This document shows, in pieces, positions 25,001-34,200 of a DNA stretch of 64,000 nucleotides. The position numbers were made by a program, and so were the translations under genes. The notes below the pieces were generated by a model that worked only from the letters and a program-made list of their open reading frames with translations, had not been told where the DNA came from and made no database searches. The stretch is from contig NMRA01000295.1 of NCBI GenBank assembly GCA_002633005.1, positions 314,240-378,239 on the forward strand. Direction: 5' to 3'. Each line of letters opens with the position of its first letter. The stretch's first letter is position 1. This DNA is from Phoronis australis. Lineage: Eukaryota; Animalia; Phoronida.

Positions 25001-28000
25001 AGTGTGACAGTTGGAACCTTAATCCACCTTGTTAGAATGCCACCTATTGGCCAGAAACACCACTAGCCAAGCTGAAGACCGTGAGAAACAGACGCAACAT
25101 TGCTAACTCAAGTAAGCAAATTCCAGTACTTGACTTAAAAAAATTCTGACAAATTCAACCTTTTCAACACACACTATAGAGTCTGGATATTTAAAAAAAC
25201 GATTGATGCATGTCCATCAAACTTGATGACACGTTCGGCCACTGCAGCACCCTCTAGTGGCAATTTTCAACGGTTGTCCTGTTGCATGTCTGATCAAAAT
25301 CTGAAAAACCTGTGTTTATATTATGATGTAATTCGCCAGCAGAATGTAGGGCATCGCTAGTGGGGCACATGCCTCTTTCCAAGGTGCCACGGTGCCATGG
25401 GCGGAGCTTTGCAGTATTTTTTTAGGAAGAACATTTACCAATTTTGAGCAAATTACAACAAGTGATGCATGTGCCGTTATATTTTATGTCTACCATTGTA
25501 TCTGCCAAAGATTATATTGTTACAACTAGAAATTATTTTTGTTTGCGAAAAATGACAGTTCATTATTTCGAGACTATGGTCGATGCATTAAACGACACAC
25601 CTTGACGAGCTTACTTGTCTAAAATAGTATCAAATCGTCAGTTGTTCCGAAGCTGGAAATCACTTCCAATATGACTAAGGAACAATTTGAGGCCAATTTC
25701 GATCTGAATCAAGTTGTTTTTTGTTATGGAAGGCAAGTTTATNTATTGGCCAGAAACACCACTAGCCAAGCTGAAGACCGTGAGAAACAGACGCAACATT
25801 GCTAACTCAAGTAAGCAAATTCCAGTACTTGACTTAAAAAAATTCTGACAAATTCAACCTTTTCAACACACACTATAGAGTCTGGATATTTAAAAAAACG
25901 ATTGATGCATGTCCATCAAACTTGATGACACGTTCGGCCACTGCAGCACCCTCTAGTGGCAATTTTCAACGGTTGTCCTGTTGCATGTCTGATCAAAATC
26001 TGAAAAACCTGTGTTTATATTATGATGTAATTCGCCAGCAGAATGTAGGGCATCGCTAGTGGGGCACATGCCTCTTTCCAAGGTGCCACGGTGCCATGGG
26101 CGGAGCTTTGCAGTATTTTTTTAGGAAGAACATTTACCAATTTTGAGCAAATTACAGCAAGTGATGCATGTGCCGTTATATTTTATGTCTACCATTGTAT
26201 CTGCCAAAGATTATATAAAAAATAATTGCAGGTGGTCTGATACACATTGTACCAGACGTGCGCAGGCCTCGCATGTGGGCCCATTGCACTGATCACCTGG
26301 AAATATTTTTATACTTTATTAATATATGGTTAAAACCGAGCTGAGGAGCTAGAAACCTGGCTCAAGGGTTTAGCAGTGTGACCTAGTGGGACTTGAACCC
26401 ACGACCTTGAGTAAAGAAAGCGGGCACTTATCAACCAGGCCACACTGCCTCCTCTAAGATTATATTGTTACAACTAGAAATTATTTTTGTTTGCGAAAAA
26501 TGACAGTTCATTATTTGTAGAGACTGGTCGATGCATAAAACGACACACCTTGACGAGCTTACTCGTCTAAAGTAGTATCAAATTGTCAGTTCTTCCAAAG
26601 CTGAAAATCACTTCCAATATGACTAAGGAACGATTTGAAGCCAATTTCGATTTGAATCATGTTGTTTTTTGTTATAGAGGGCAGGTTTATTGTCTCTTAA
26701 GAAACGTCAATTCTTTTCATATACGTTTTCGCTCTTCGAAATATGTGTTATCGCATTCTTAACCTTAATTTTGTTTAATTGAAATTGATTACAATAAATT
26801 ACCTGGAAATCTTCTAAGGTATATTATAAATAGCACATATATATCATGTCATGACTGAGGAGGTTCATTATCCGTCTAGTTGAAATAATTAGGTATGAAA
26901 TTTAAGAGAAGGTGGACAATATTAGAGGCCTTGATTTTTCTTGATAACGGCGAAGAGGCAAAATTCACAGGAGTTGACTCTTACAGAATTAGTTGTTTTG
27001 AGTGGGGTTTATGTATTTTAGGAACGTTAGATTTCTAAGTCTCTGTTTTCAATGATCAAGAGTTAAGAATGTTATCTGTTAAATTCCAAAGATTTTACTT
27101 ACAAGTTGATCGACAGCCATTAGCAGCGGACACGTTCAAGTTGGTCATTCTGTTGTAAGGTGGCGCTGTTTCCTTTTCAATTTTCAAAAAAACAATAAAC
27201 ATTGCACGCAGCAAGTTATCCGTAAATGCCACCTGTGGCAGAATTTGGCAGAAAAAAATGGCAATTCCCAGATCATTTTTGTGTGCCCACATCTACATCC
27301 CTGTCCATCTGACTACCTAGTAAATTTTCATAGAGTTTCAATTACCACTGTCCCCTTGTCAGTGGCGATAATTTTTTTGTACTTTAGCCTCTATGTCTGA
27401 CGAGTTTCCTGATGGATTTTCGTGAAATTTGGCAGATAGGGTTGCATTGTTCAAATGATGACACTATCACATTTTAAATGTACTGTACTTCATCTCTGCC
27501 CCTAGTGGCCGTTTTTATTATTTTTCCATCTGTTTCGTGGTATCCACCTGTCTTCCACCTGTCTTTCCGACTAAACTGCTCGAGAGATAATCATGAAATA
27601 TCACAGATGTTCTTAAAGAGATGAGCATGACTGTGGCCTTCAGTGGCAGCTTAGTTTTTTGCCAATGCCTCAACATAACCAAGTTTGCTTGCAAAATTTG
27701 TTGAACAAGCTGATATTACAGCAATGTACATGGAAATGGGCGAACTTTGTGTAAACAAGCTTGCTTTGAGCATTGTATAATCGCATATTTAGGCCTATCC
27801 ACCTATTCTTGATTTAATGCATTTTCCCAAAACAAAAATATCTTTGCAAGCCCATGTGCCTCAATTCAAACATAGGTACAGCTCTAACTGGGAACATTTT
27901 TGAAACACGTGGATGCGGTGAGTTTGGATCACAGGCCCTCAAGTCTAATGGCCATTTTGCAGGATCTGTTCACCAATTTGAAGGATATATGGACCATGTT

Positions 28001-31000
28001 AGTTGTTTTGTCCTTTTTTACTTCCAATTTTAATGGGCGTGTTGGCCCGAGCTTAGCAGTCATAGTGCACCAATGAAATAAGTTTTGCACCAATGACACG
28101 GTGCGTCCTCCAAAAGTTATCCCTGCTTTACACAGAAGGGCTTGGGCATCAATTAGTTTACATTAGATTTTTGTGCAAATACAGTACGACGACTATTTAC
28201 TACAAAAATTTCACTTCCATCAAGTCTAAACGTATTCTTTACTACACGCTGCTGAGTGATATTGTTTCCCATCGCATCCAGGTGGCACTAATCATTGCCT
28301 GTCCCACGTGATCTGCAATAGCGTTGCTTTAGACCTTCGTTGGACATTATGCATTGCCGTATTGGAAATTGTTCCAACATTGCCGCTTACACTGCTCTTC
28401 GTTACGAGCGCGCCTCTTTGAAGGTACTGATAAGAAATCGATGAGTGATTGATTACTCTGTCAATTCTGAACACTCTTAGCGTTGATTATCCCAGATTAT
28501 GAAGTCTTATTTTAATTGCCTGTCTTGTGTGCGTAGTTCACTCACTTGTAGTTTAATTAATGGCCATGTTAGCCATGTGTAACTGTAATCTCTGCTGAAT
28601 GTAATCCACGCTATTTTTGCTCTTCCGTCTCCTGCACTCTTAGCACTAGAGTGCCAGTGCTCGAATATACTTGTAAAGGATTTATTTTGAAGTATCGATA
28701 CTTTCCACAAAGATATGCATCTCTCAACCAGCAATGATATAATTTTCCCTTTTGTCAGTTTGTTAGACAGACTGTCGGCATGTGATTCATCGTCCTACAA
28801 ATTTGTCTGCATTACAATGATGAATTATATAATATGGTAGTTAGTACATGAGATAGTGACTAATAGATTTGCATGTGAAGAAGCAGTGCTCGATGAATGT
28901 GATGCATTATGGGAAATACCTAAAGCAATTAGATCAGATTCTTGAATCACTAGAGATGGCTCTTTAACCCTTGTCGGCCCCCAAAACTTCTTTCATAGTT
29001 GCCTAATGCAGCAGGCATCCACGGCTGACACACAGAGGGCGCTACACGGAAAGTGCTCTCTTGGAAGCACAGGATCCATCCCTGCTGGTTCCCTGCGTGT
29101 CCGCTAGGGGTAGAGAACCGGTATCATTTTATTTGCCTCGGTAATTTTTTTACCCCATTGTTTCTGATTAGTTGGTCGAATTCTCAACAGGTTGCGCTTT
29201 ACGTAAACAAACTGGCGTGACTGATACAGGAAGTGTAAATGTGGATACAGTTTGTAGTCTGATGTACAAACAAAACGGTGTCTATGAATTCGGACATGTT
29301 CAAGAAATGTGAATGGGAAAATTGTGGTTGCGCCTTTTCGGTGTGCATCTTTCTACTGTCGCTGACTTTTGTATACGTTGCTGTCCTGTATTCACACAGT
29401 ATGAATAACACACCGGTTAAATCAGCCAGATGTGTGTGCCTTGCATGTGCTGCAAGCACACGGCTATTGAACGTTACTGCATGCCACTTGCGTGACAAGG
29501 CTAAAAATCTTCCACAGACCGCCATTTTCTTTCTTTGTTGTAAAGCTAACCAATGACTGCCGAGGTTAAATCTACCAGTGATAAAACGTGTGCTACTGAA
29601 TGATACCTGCATGTTCTCTACCCTCTAGCAGACACGCAGGGAACCAGTGAGGGGATCCATCCATTCTGCGATCCAATGAGAGAATGATTTATCTGAGACT
29701 GGTATTGTCTGTCAAAAGGTGTACTAATGTCCGTAGTACCAAAGCTTACGTTGAAATCACCAAAACAGCAGATGACTACTAGAGACAGAATTTCAATTTT
29801 TTTTAAGTCTTGTCAAAGGCTATCAGCACAGTGATGTGAGTGATGAACTGGGAATCAAAAATGCCGTTCACACACAGCCTACCGTAGAACAACTTGCCCG
29901 TGTGCAACTTGCCCCACACACATATTGGATAACTAGGGTAAGGGGGACGTTGTCGCTCCGTGCATGACAATGGACAGCTAATGCAAATAAGGCGCGTAAA
30001 AGAAGACAAGTCTGTATGTAACCGCACCTGGTAATTACTTCCGCCCCTGGTTTGCGGCCACACAGCGATTAGAAACGGCGCGCATTACCCCTTAACAAGT
30101 TACCCCACCTGGATAAGATGGAGTAAGTTGTCACAAGGGGGGGTAAGATGCACTAGTTTAAATAGCATCCAATAAGCCCTCATACCTTGGCACAACTCGT
30201 TCTGGGGCAAGTCTGTGTGTGGTCGGCACTAAAGTGAATTTTAACCTCACGGACATTTTACTGGAAATGACATCAGATCAATTCTCCAGATGTACATTTT
30301 TATGAGCTAAGTAAAAACTATTCAAACAGTTCCTGAATCTTGGTAGGTTTTGAGTTGTTTGTAATAGAAATGAGACGATATTTTCAAGTTTTCGCAAAGT
30401 TGTGATTTTTTTTTCACTAAAATGTAGAGGTCACTGGCAATCAAATGCCAAGCTTTTCCGGGTTCCCTGATTAGAAATTGTCCAACATTATTTGTAGAGA
30501 ACACGAGGACGTGTGGTTTTAGGAATTTTTTGTACCTGGAACAAAGATAATATGATTCGTTTTTATGAACAGGGTATGAAAATGTGTTAAGTTTAAATTT
30601 TAATCGTCTTATTCACCAAGCAAAGGTCCAGCAACTGAAAGTTCGAAGGACCCCTATTAAGGTGAAAAGACTAGAATGCCGGGATCTAGAATGCCCCTGT
30701 CTTGCTCAATTACATGAATATTCATGGTAAAATTTCCATTATTTCTGACTATTACATTATTTCAAAAGAAATGAAATGCCACACAATTTCATAAATCTTT
30801 GATATTCGAAGTCTCGAGCTTCTTTTCACCATTTTCTTGAGTTTCTTAACGTAAACCTCTGTTGTGAGTAATCATAATGACTCGCACAGTGATAATTAGG
30901 TCAAGCCAAACTTACACACTTCAAACTGAAATAAATCGCGTTAGCGGCGATGAATCTTTGTGTCGGTGTAATCAGTCAACTTAATTTGGTTTAAGCTTTT

Positions 31001-31287
31001 ATCCTTGTGTCCAATTCAGAACATCGACTCGTATTAAAAAAAATCTAAGGGCTCGGTCCTAAAACATGAAAGAAAATTGATTTTCAAAGATGACTACATT
31101 TGCCTTAATCAATTGTGTCCTTTTTCCAGGCGACAGTACCAACGCTGTCTCTCAGGCCTCCCATGAAGCTCAGTCAGGACCATCTAGTGGCCACACAACT
31201 CAGCAGGAGTTTTCGGACATGCTACACAACATGATAGACCCCCCGGGCTCCGACTTTGCGGATATCTTCGGAACGTATCCGGAGTAG
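1884..31287 (+). CDS. ARNT: ARNT / HIF-1beta / tango-family bHLH-PAS transcription factor, 5'-partial multi-exon gene (overall span; exons listed separately)
   Basis: Spliced translation gives hallmark ARNT motifs: [12 protein letters not shown]...[56 protein letters not shown]...[11 protein letters not shown]...ILDLKTGTVKKEG...[17 protein letters not shown]...[15 protein letters not shown]...EFISRH...GKFTFLDQR...[11 protein letters not shown]...[16 protein letters not shown]. All introns are GT-AG and exon phases chain consistently to the stop codon. Confidence 0.97.
2530..2687 (+). CDS. ARNT: ARNT bHLH exon, copy B (158 nt), candidate mutually exclusive alternative: [52 protein letters not shown]
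   Basis: Acceptor tttcttgcag at 2529, donor G|gtaacg at 2688; same length and phases as copy A; 38/52 aa identical; no indels or stops. Confidence 0.9.
3015..3035 (+). CDS. Candidate 21-nt in-frame microexon between bHLH and PAS-A (net +7 aa, WTGSLLR)
   Basis: ttaccttatctcag|GCTGGACTGGCAGCCTTCTCC|gtgagt: pyrimidine tract plus AG, consensus gtgagt donor, multiple of 3, open in phase 1. No transcript evidence available. Confidence 0.4.
3637..3716 (+). CDS. ARNT: ARNT exon: (G)[26 protein letters not shown]
   Basis: ttgcag| ... GAG|gtgtgt; highly conserved ARNT linker and A'-alpha motif. Confidence 0.95.
4521..4613 (+). CDS. ARNT: ARNT exon, PAS-A: [31 protein letters not shown]
   Basis: ttctcag| ... 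CAG|gtaagt; conserved PAS-A motif. Confidence 0.96.
5199..5316 (+). CDS. ARNT: ARNT exon, PAS-A: [39 protein letters not shown]
   Basis: ctgtag| ... A|gtacgt; [12 protein letters not shown] and RILDLK motifs. Confidence 0.95.
5916..5945 (+). CDS. ARNT: ARNT 30-nt exon: [10 protein letters not shown]
   Basis: tttcag| ... T|gtatgt; completes the conserved ILDLKTGTVKKEG motif. Confidence 0.92.
6269..6463 (+). CDS. ARNT: ARNT exon, PAS-A C-terminal part: [18 protein letters not shown]...[16 protein letters not shown]
   Basis: attgcag| ... G|gtgaga; conserved ARNT motifs. Confidence 0.96.
7350..7470 (+). mobile_element. Fragment of a tRNA-derived SINE
   Basis: aaggtcctgcgttcgagtcccggtcggggg resembles a T-arm/B-box; the 5' half is missing. 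Confidence 0.4.
7884..8064 (+). CDS. ARNT: ARNT exon: GVQLDRSD...[44 protein letters not shown]
   Basis: ttgtag| ... AG|gtactt; end of PAS-A and start of PAS-B. Confidence 0.96.
8470..9310 (+). mobile_element. 5'-truncated Penelope-like retroelement (end of RT, linker and GIY-YIG endonuclease) in an ARNT intron
   Basis: The + frame reads NGYP...IPYVG...[29 protein letters not shown]...[16 protein letters not shown] (to 9187). The minus strand at 8470-8585 encodes [20 protein letters not shown]..., the upstream RT C-terminal motif. Confidence 0.88.
9258..9306 (+). ncRNA. Minimal hammerhead ribozyme motif in the 3' region of the Penelope-like element
   Basis: CUGAGGA-U-[GGUGU...ACACC stem II]-GAAAC-AU-GUC; palindromic ACAUGU stem III; stem I weak. 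Confidence 0.7.
9714..9820 (+). CDS. ARNT: ARNT exon, PAS-B: [35 protein letters not shown]
   Basis: tttacag| ... G|gtgaat; conserved PAS-B motif. Confidence 0.96.
10476..10791 (+). repeat. Three copies of the PAC-exon acceptor plus exon start (AGs ending at 10487, 10679 and 10762)
   Basis: catct(g/a)cc(t/c)agtgtt(a/g)aa(g/t)ttgaaaggtc repeated; the last two copies form an ~83-bp tandem duplication. Confidence 0.85.
10763..10913 (+). CDS. ARNT: ARNT exon, PAC: [50 protein letters not shown]
   Basis: ctacccag| ... AA|gtgagt; conserved PAC motif. Confidence 0.96.
11191..11374. mobile_element. Short MITE
   Basis: TIRs cagtagttttcaa / ttgaaaactactg; TA on the left flank (Tc1/mariner-like). Confidence 0.55.
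11402..11954 (+). repeat. 69-bp direct repeats (11402-11470, 11886-11954) flanking the ARNT exon at 11618-11805
   Basis: tgagattattaatgaggcgtt...gtctcattgatttttgtcgaatgggaa twice, with 2 mismatches. Confidence 0.9.
11618..11805 (+). CDS. ARNT: ARNT C-terminal low-complexity exon ([15 protein letters not shown]...NPIRPAH)
   Basis: attgcag| ... G|gtatgt; phase fits both neighbours; open, S/Q/P-rich. Confidence 0.8.
12154..12242 (+). CDS. ARNT: ARNT C-terminal exon ([30 protein letters not shown])
   Basis: cctttacag| ... CAG|gtaata; phase-compatible, GC-richer than its flanks. Confidence 0.75.
13570..14300. repeat. Degenerate internally repeated element (about 4 subunits)
   Basis: ggcaccccct(g/a)tt..cc.ttttagtt-like motif recurs near 13593, 13869, 13994 and 14146. 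Confidence 0.5.
14503..14551 (+). CDS. ARNT: ARNT C-terminal exon ([16 protein letters not shown])
   Basis: tgtttcag| ... G|gtaagt; bridges phase 0 to phase 1 exactly as required. Confidence 0.72.
15366..15446 (+). CDS. ARNT: ARNT C-terminal exon ([27 protein letters not shown])
   Basis: atttcag| ... G|gtagtt; phase-compatible; the WxxWQ-like motif resembles ARNT C-termini. Confidence 0.78.
16770..17736. mobile_element. Non-autonomous DNA transposon nested in an older repeat
   Basis: Ends cagtggtggatcta / aaatccgcctatg, flanked by duplicated cattaag. The flanks rejoin to match the uninterrupted copy at ~58430-58820. Confidence 0.7.
18670..20680 (+). mobile_element. Helentron-associated non-autonomous element (HINE/DINE-1-like) with an internal ~670-bp duplication
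   Basis: 5' cttggcggaa...ttccgacaag inverted pair; 3' tttcgccaagtgtcgctcctcg; shares body and (CAT)n-rich segment with the 21970-23310 element. Confidence 0.6.
21234..21732. mobile_element. MITE (PIF/Harbinger-like) with repeated cagtatgaa.gg(t/c)taacttc-like motifs
   Basis: Ends aagggcctttcattct / agtatgaaaatgccttt, with TTA/TAA-like flanks. Confidence 0.45.
21970..23310 (+). mobile_element. Helentron-associated non-autonomous element (spans an N gap)
   Basis: 5' cttggcgaaa-taaa-tttcgccaag; 3' subterminal tttcgccaag (23278-23287) followed by hairpin cgctcc-tc-ggagcg (23291-23304). Confidence 0.65.
24868..25137. mobile_element. MITE with ~50-bp imperfect TIRs
   Basis: tctcacggacttcagcttggcaagtg versus cactagccaagctgaagaccgtgaga, extending outward. 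Confidence 0.65.
25045..26690. repeat. Single-N-joined tandem duplication (25045-25742 / 25744-26690), probable uncollapsed haplotypes
   Basis: Near-identical copies separated by one N at 25743; the second copy carries a SINE insertion. Confidence 0.85.
26217..26455 (-). mobile_element. Apparently full-length tRNA-derived SINE (~240 bp) with a 10-bp TSD
   Basis: Minus-strand head with A-box tggcctggttg and B-box ggttcaagtcc; TSD aagattatat at 26207-26216 and 26456-26465; empty site at 25508-25517. Confidence 0.85.
29056..29681. mobile_element. MITE with long imperfect TIRs
   Basis: ctggttccctgcgtgtccgctaggggtagagaac versus gttctctaccctctagcagacacgcagggaaccag. Confidence 0.7.
31130..31287 (+). 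CDS. ARNT: ARNT terminal coding exon (GDSTNAVSQ...[28 protein letters not shown])
   Basis: tttttccag| in phase 1; the EFSDML...F..F..E* tail resembles the ARNT C-terminal activation tail; stop TAG at 31285-31287. Confidence 0.85.
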
Positions 31288-34200
31288 TACGGAGGCTGTG
31301 GAAAACATTTATTTTTGACAAGCATGTAAACAGTAGGGCAAGGAGCCAATGTGGTGCCATCTGGTGGATGAACGATGAAGCTGCAGGACGACAGGTTTAC
31401 CTTGGTTACGATGTGTTCGCCAGTAGCGGTGGTTCTGGACGTTGCAGTGTTTACTCCATTTTCTATCACATGAAATGTCCTTATGTAGGATATAGTATGC
31501 TCCAAGATGCCATCGGTTTTTCATGTTGTGATGTTTAAAGCGGTTTATAGAGCGCCCACGATTAGGGCTTCTTACATATGCTGCCGCGGAGCTGTTTACT
31601 AGATGTCAGTATTTATTTATATTTTTGTTGCACTTGTTGTGCCACAGTAGATCATAGACTGCAGATACGCAATTTGGATAACTTCTTGTGCAATTGCCAG
31701 AGGAGACGCCACTCTCTTCCAATGCTCAAGCGCCACTTGTGAATAATGACGTCACAGCCAGTAGTGTTGGTCGCAGTTTGCGGGCAAAATCACAGATTTT
31801 GTGCTTTGAGAATGTGCCGCGTTATTAGTGAGTTTACTATGGTTCGTGGTCCTGTTTTGTATTTTTGACTCAGCTGTGCATTCTGGGAACTTTGAACTTA
31901 CCACAGTTTGTAAGTGGTAGTAGCTCCCTGCAGTACGTGTGGTCAAATCGACAACCACGAATTGCGGCTTCTCATATGCTAGAACTAGACCAAACTTCTA
32001 TACTTGGTTACTATAATACTTAGCTACTGTGTGTAGTCTGTAGTTATTGCTTCTGCTACTACAATGTGTTTTTTATGTACATAGGTTTTTTGTTTACAGT
32101 CGAGTGTATTTCTGTATCCTTCGAGTGTATTTCTGTATCCTTGTTGACGTTTGGCCCATCATTGGCAATGGTAAAATTGATTTGGGCTGGCATGTGACAT
32201 CACCACCTACGGGACCTGGGTTGTGGTGAGCGTCCCGTATAGTGAATCTATGATTTAAGGACGGGTGTACATATGCATAGTGCTGTTGATATTGGTTGGA
32301 TATACCTAGATTTCAGCGCTGAAGTCACATGTCAGTTCACTTTAATTGGATGAAAATCATTGCCCTGGATGGTTGATAATGTTGACAGTGGTTCGTATAT
32401 TTAATCAACTGTGAACAAACGAACCTATGTATATCAGTAACTCGCTAGTCTGATGGAACTATTTAACAAATGCATACAAAGTCCTTCAAGCTGAGTGATG
32501 GTGGTGACTTGGGACTGTGGTTAAGTTTTGAGGTAATGGGCTACCTTCGCTACCAATGATTAAATTTCTTAATTAAGTTTTTAAGAAATAATTGTAGACC
32601 CATAAAACTGGATTCATAAAACCCTTGATTGATCTCGTGACTTGCACATCGAAAGCAGTGCCTTGAGGTTTGTAATCATGTGACCCTGTTTTTTTTCTAA
32701 AAAAAAATAATTCACAGAGATCCACATAATTTCCACAAACATGAATTATTTAATATGAAACTTGTAAATCCTGTTTCTTTAATCAAGTAGTATGACTAGG
32801 ATACACCTCTAAGGTCTTAGCCTGGTAGCACCCTGTGTCACAACAAAGATATCAACAGTGTTGTTATTTGACAGCCAGGTTCTTGGGCTGAAAGAGCTGA
32901 AAAGAAAATTCCAAAACACTTTTGTGTCGGATAGAAAAAAGAAACAGAATTTGTAAGTATCGTGGGACAAAATCATGTTTGCGAAAGATATAGCTCATGA
33001 AAAATTGCAATTTTATAGAAGAAACGCGGTGGTGTGGTTACAAATATCTGGGCATTTCTCTTGCACGCATTATAATGTTCATTAAGGCTTACTAAGGTAA
33101 CCAATTAGCTCAAATCACTGGGTACGTCTTGCTGAATAATTTCCTATGGTGAAATATTGGTCTATTCCTATGCTTTTGAAACGGAGAGCCTAGGCAGTTT
33201 TTTAACTTTGAGGAGCAAGAGTGTTTGCATATTCGCGTTGGGTTTTTTGCTTACTTTGAAAGAAGAGCTTGCCTTTCTAACACCTGTTAACAGAGACTGA
33301 ATCGGTCTGAGAAAGGTGAACTCAGTCTCCTTTATTGGAATATTGTGCATGTACATAAGCATAAGTGGTCACAAATACTGTCGTATGTTGATATGAAATG
33401 CATTAAAAGCCCAACATTCGGAGCACCCCACTTTAAAGGGTGTGACTGAGGTAAGGACCAGGTGAATTTAAGGTTAATTTTTGGCATTGTTGGTTGGAAT
33501 AGACTTCAGCTTTGAGTTCTTAGCTTTGATCAGGGCTGTAAGACAACAAAATCCGTTGTATTTTGGGATTTTATTAAAAATCGCCCATTTCTTGCTGAAA
33601 TCGAGACTGGTTACACTGGCTTAAAGTGCGTTTATCAGTGGGATTTACCTCTTACCAGCAAATCATTGGACTGGATCAGCGGAGGTCTTTGGTTGGATTT
33701 CACGCGGATGCTGAGCTCAGAAAAACACTTTTCTTGCCGATAACATGGCATCGACGTTAGTCTTACTGTATTTTGTACCATTTTACTGGAACTGAGGTTA
33801 TACTTAAATGCTTCTTTTGTCGCTACAACATTTTGTGGTGTTTTAGCTATGACACTTGGTGTGATTTGGTTGTGATTCCGTTGTGCATGGAGTATGATAT
33901 GTGGTCTTATTCCACGAACGAAGTTGTAATATTCGTTAGATCGTCTGGTGCATGAACTCATTTGTGAGACTGCTCAGGTTTAAAGTGTGGTGGTGTGACT
34001 CCACCTTCTCTGAGAAATAACTTTTGTTTTATCCCCCCTTGTTGTGAAACTGGAGTTGGTTTGATGTGCACTCACCATATTCTGAACAAAGCGTGACCAG
34101 CTGGGCCTAGCCAAAAAAAGGCCCGTTTGTTGTGCCTGGTCCAAGCTGCGGAGCTCAGAAGTCAAGGCTAATTTGAGTTGAGATGGATTGCAGAGCGATT

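Noticed and set aside
1884-31287. Assignment as BMAL1/cycle rather than ARNT
   Set aside because: Motifs [53 protein letters not shown] and FQNPY are ARNT-type; BMAL has EKRRRDKM, KLDKLTVLRMAV and FMNPW.
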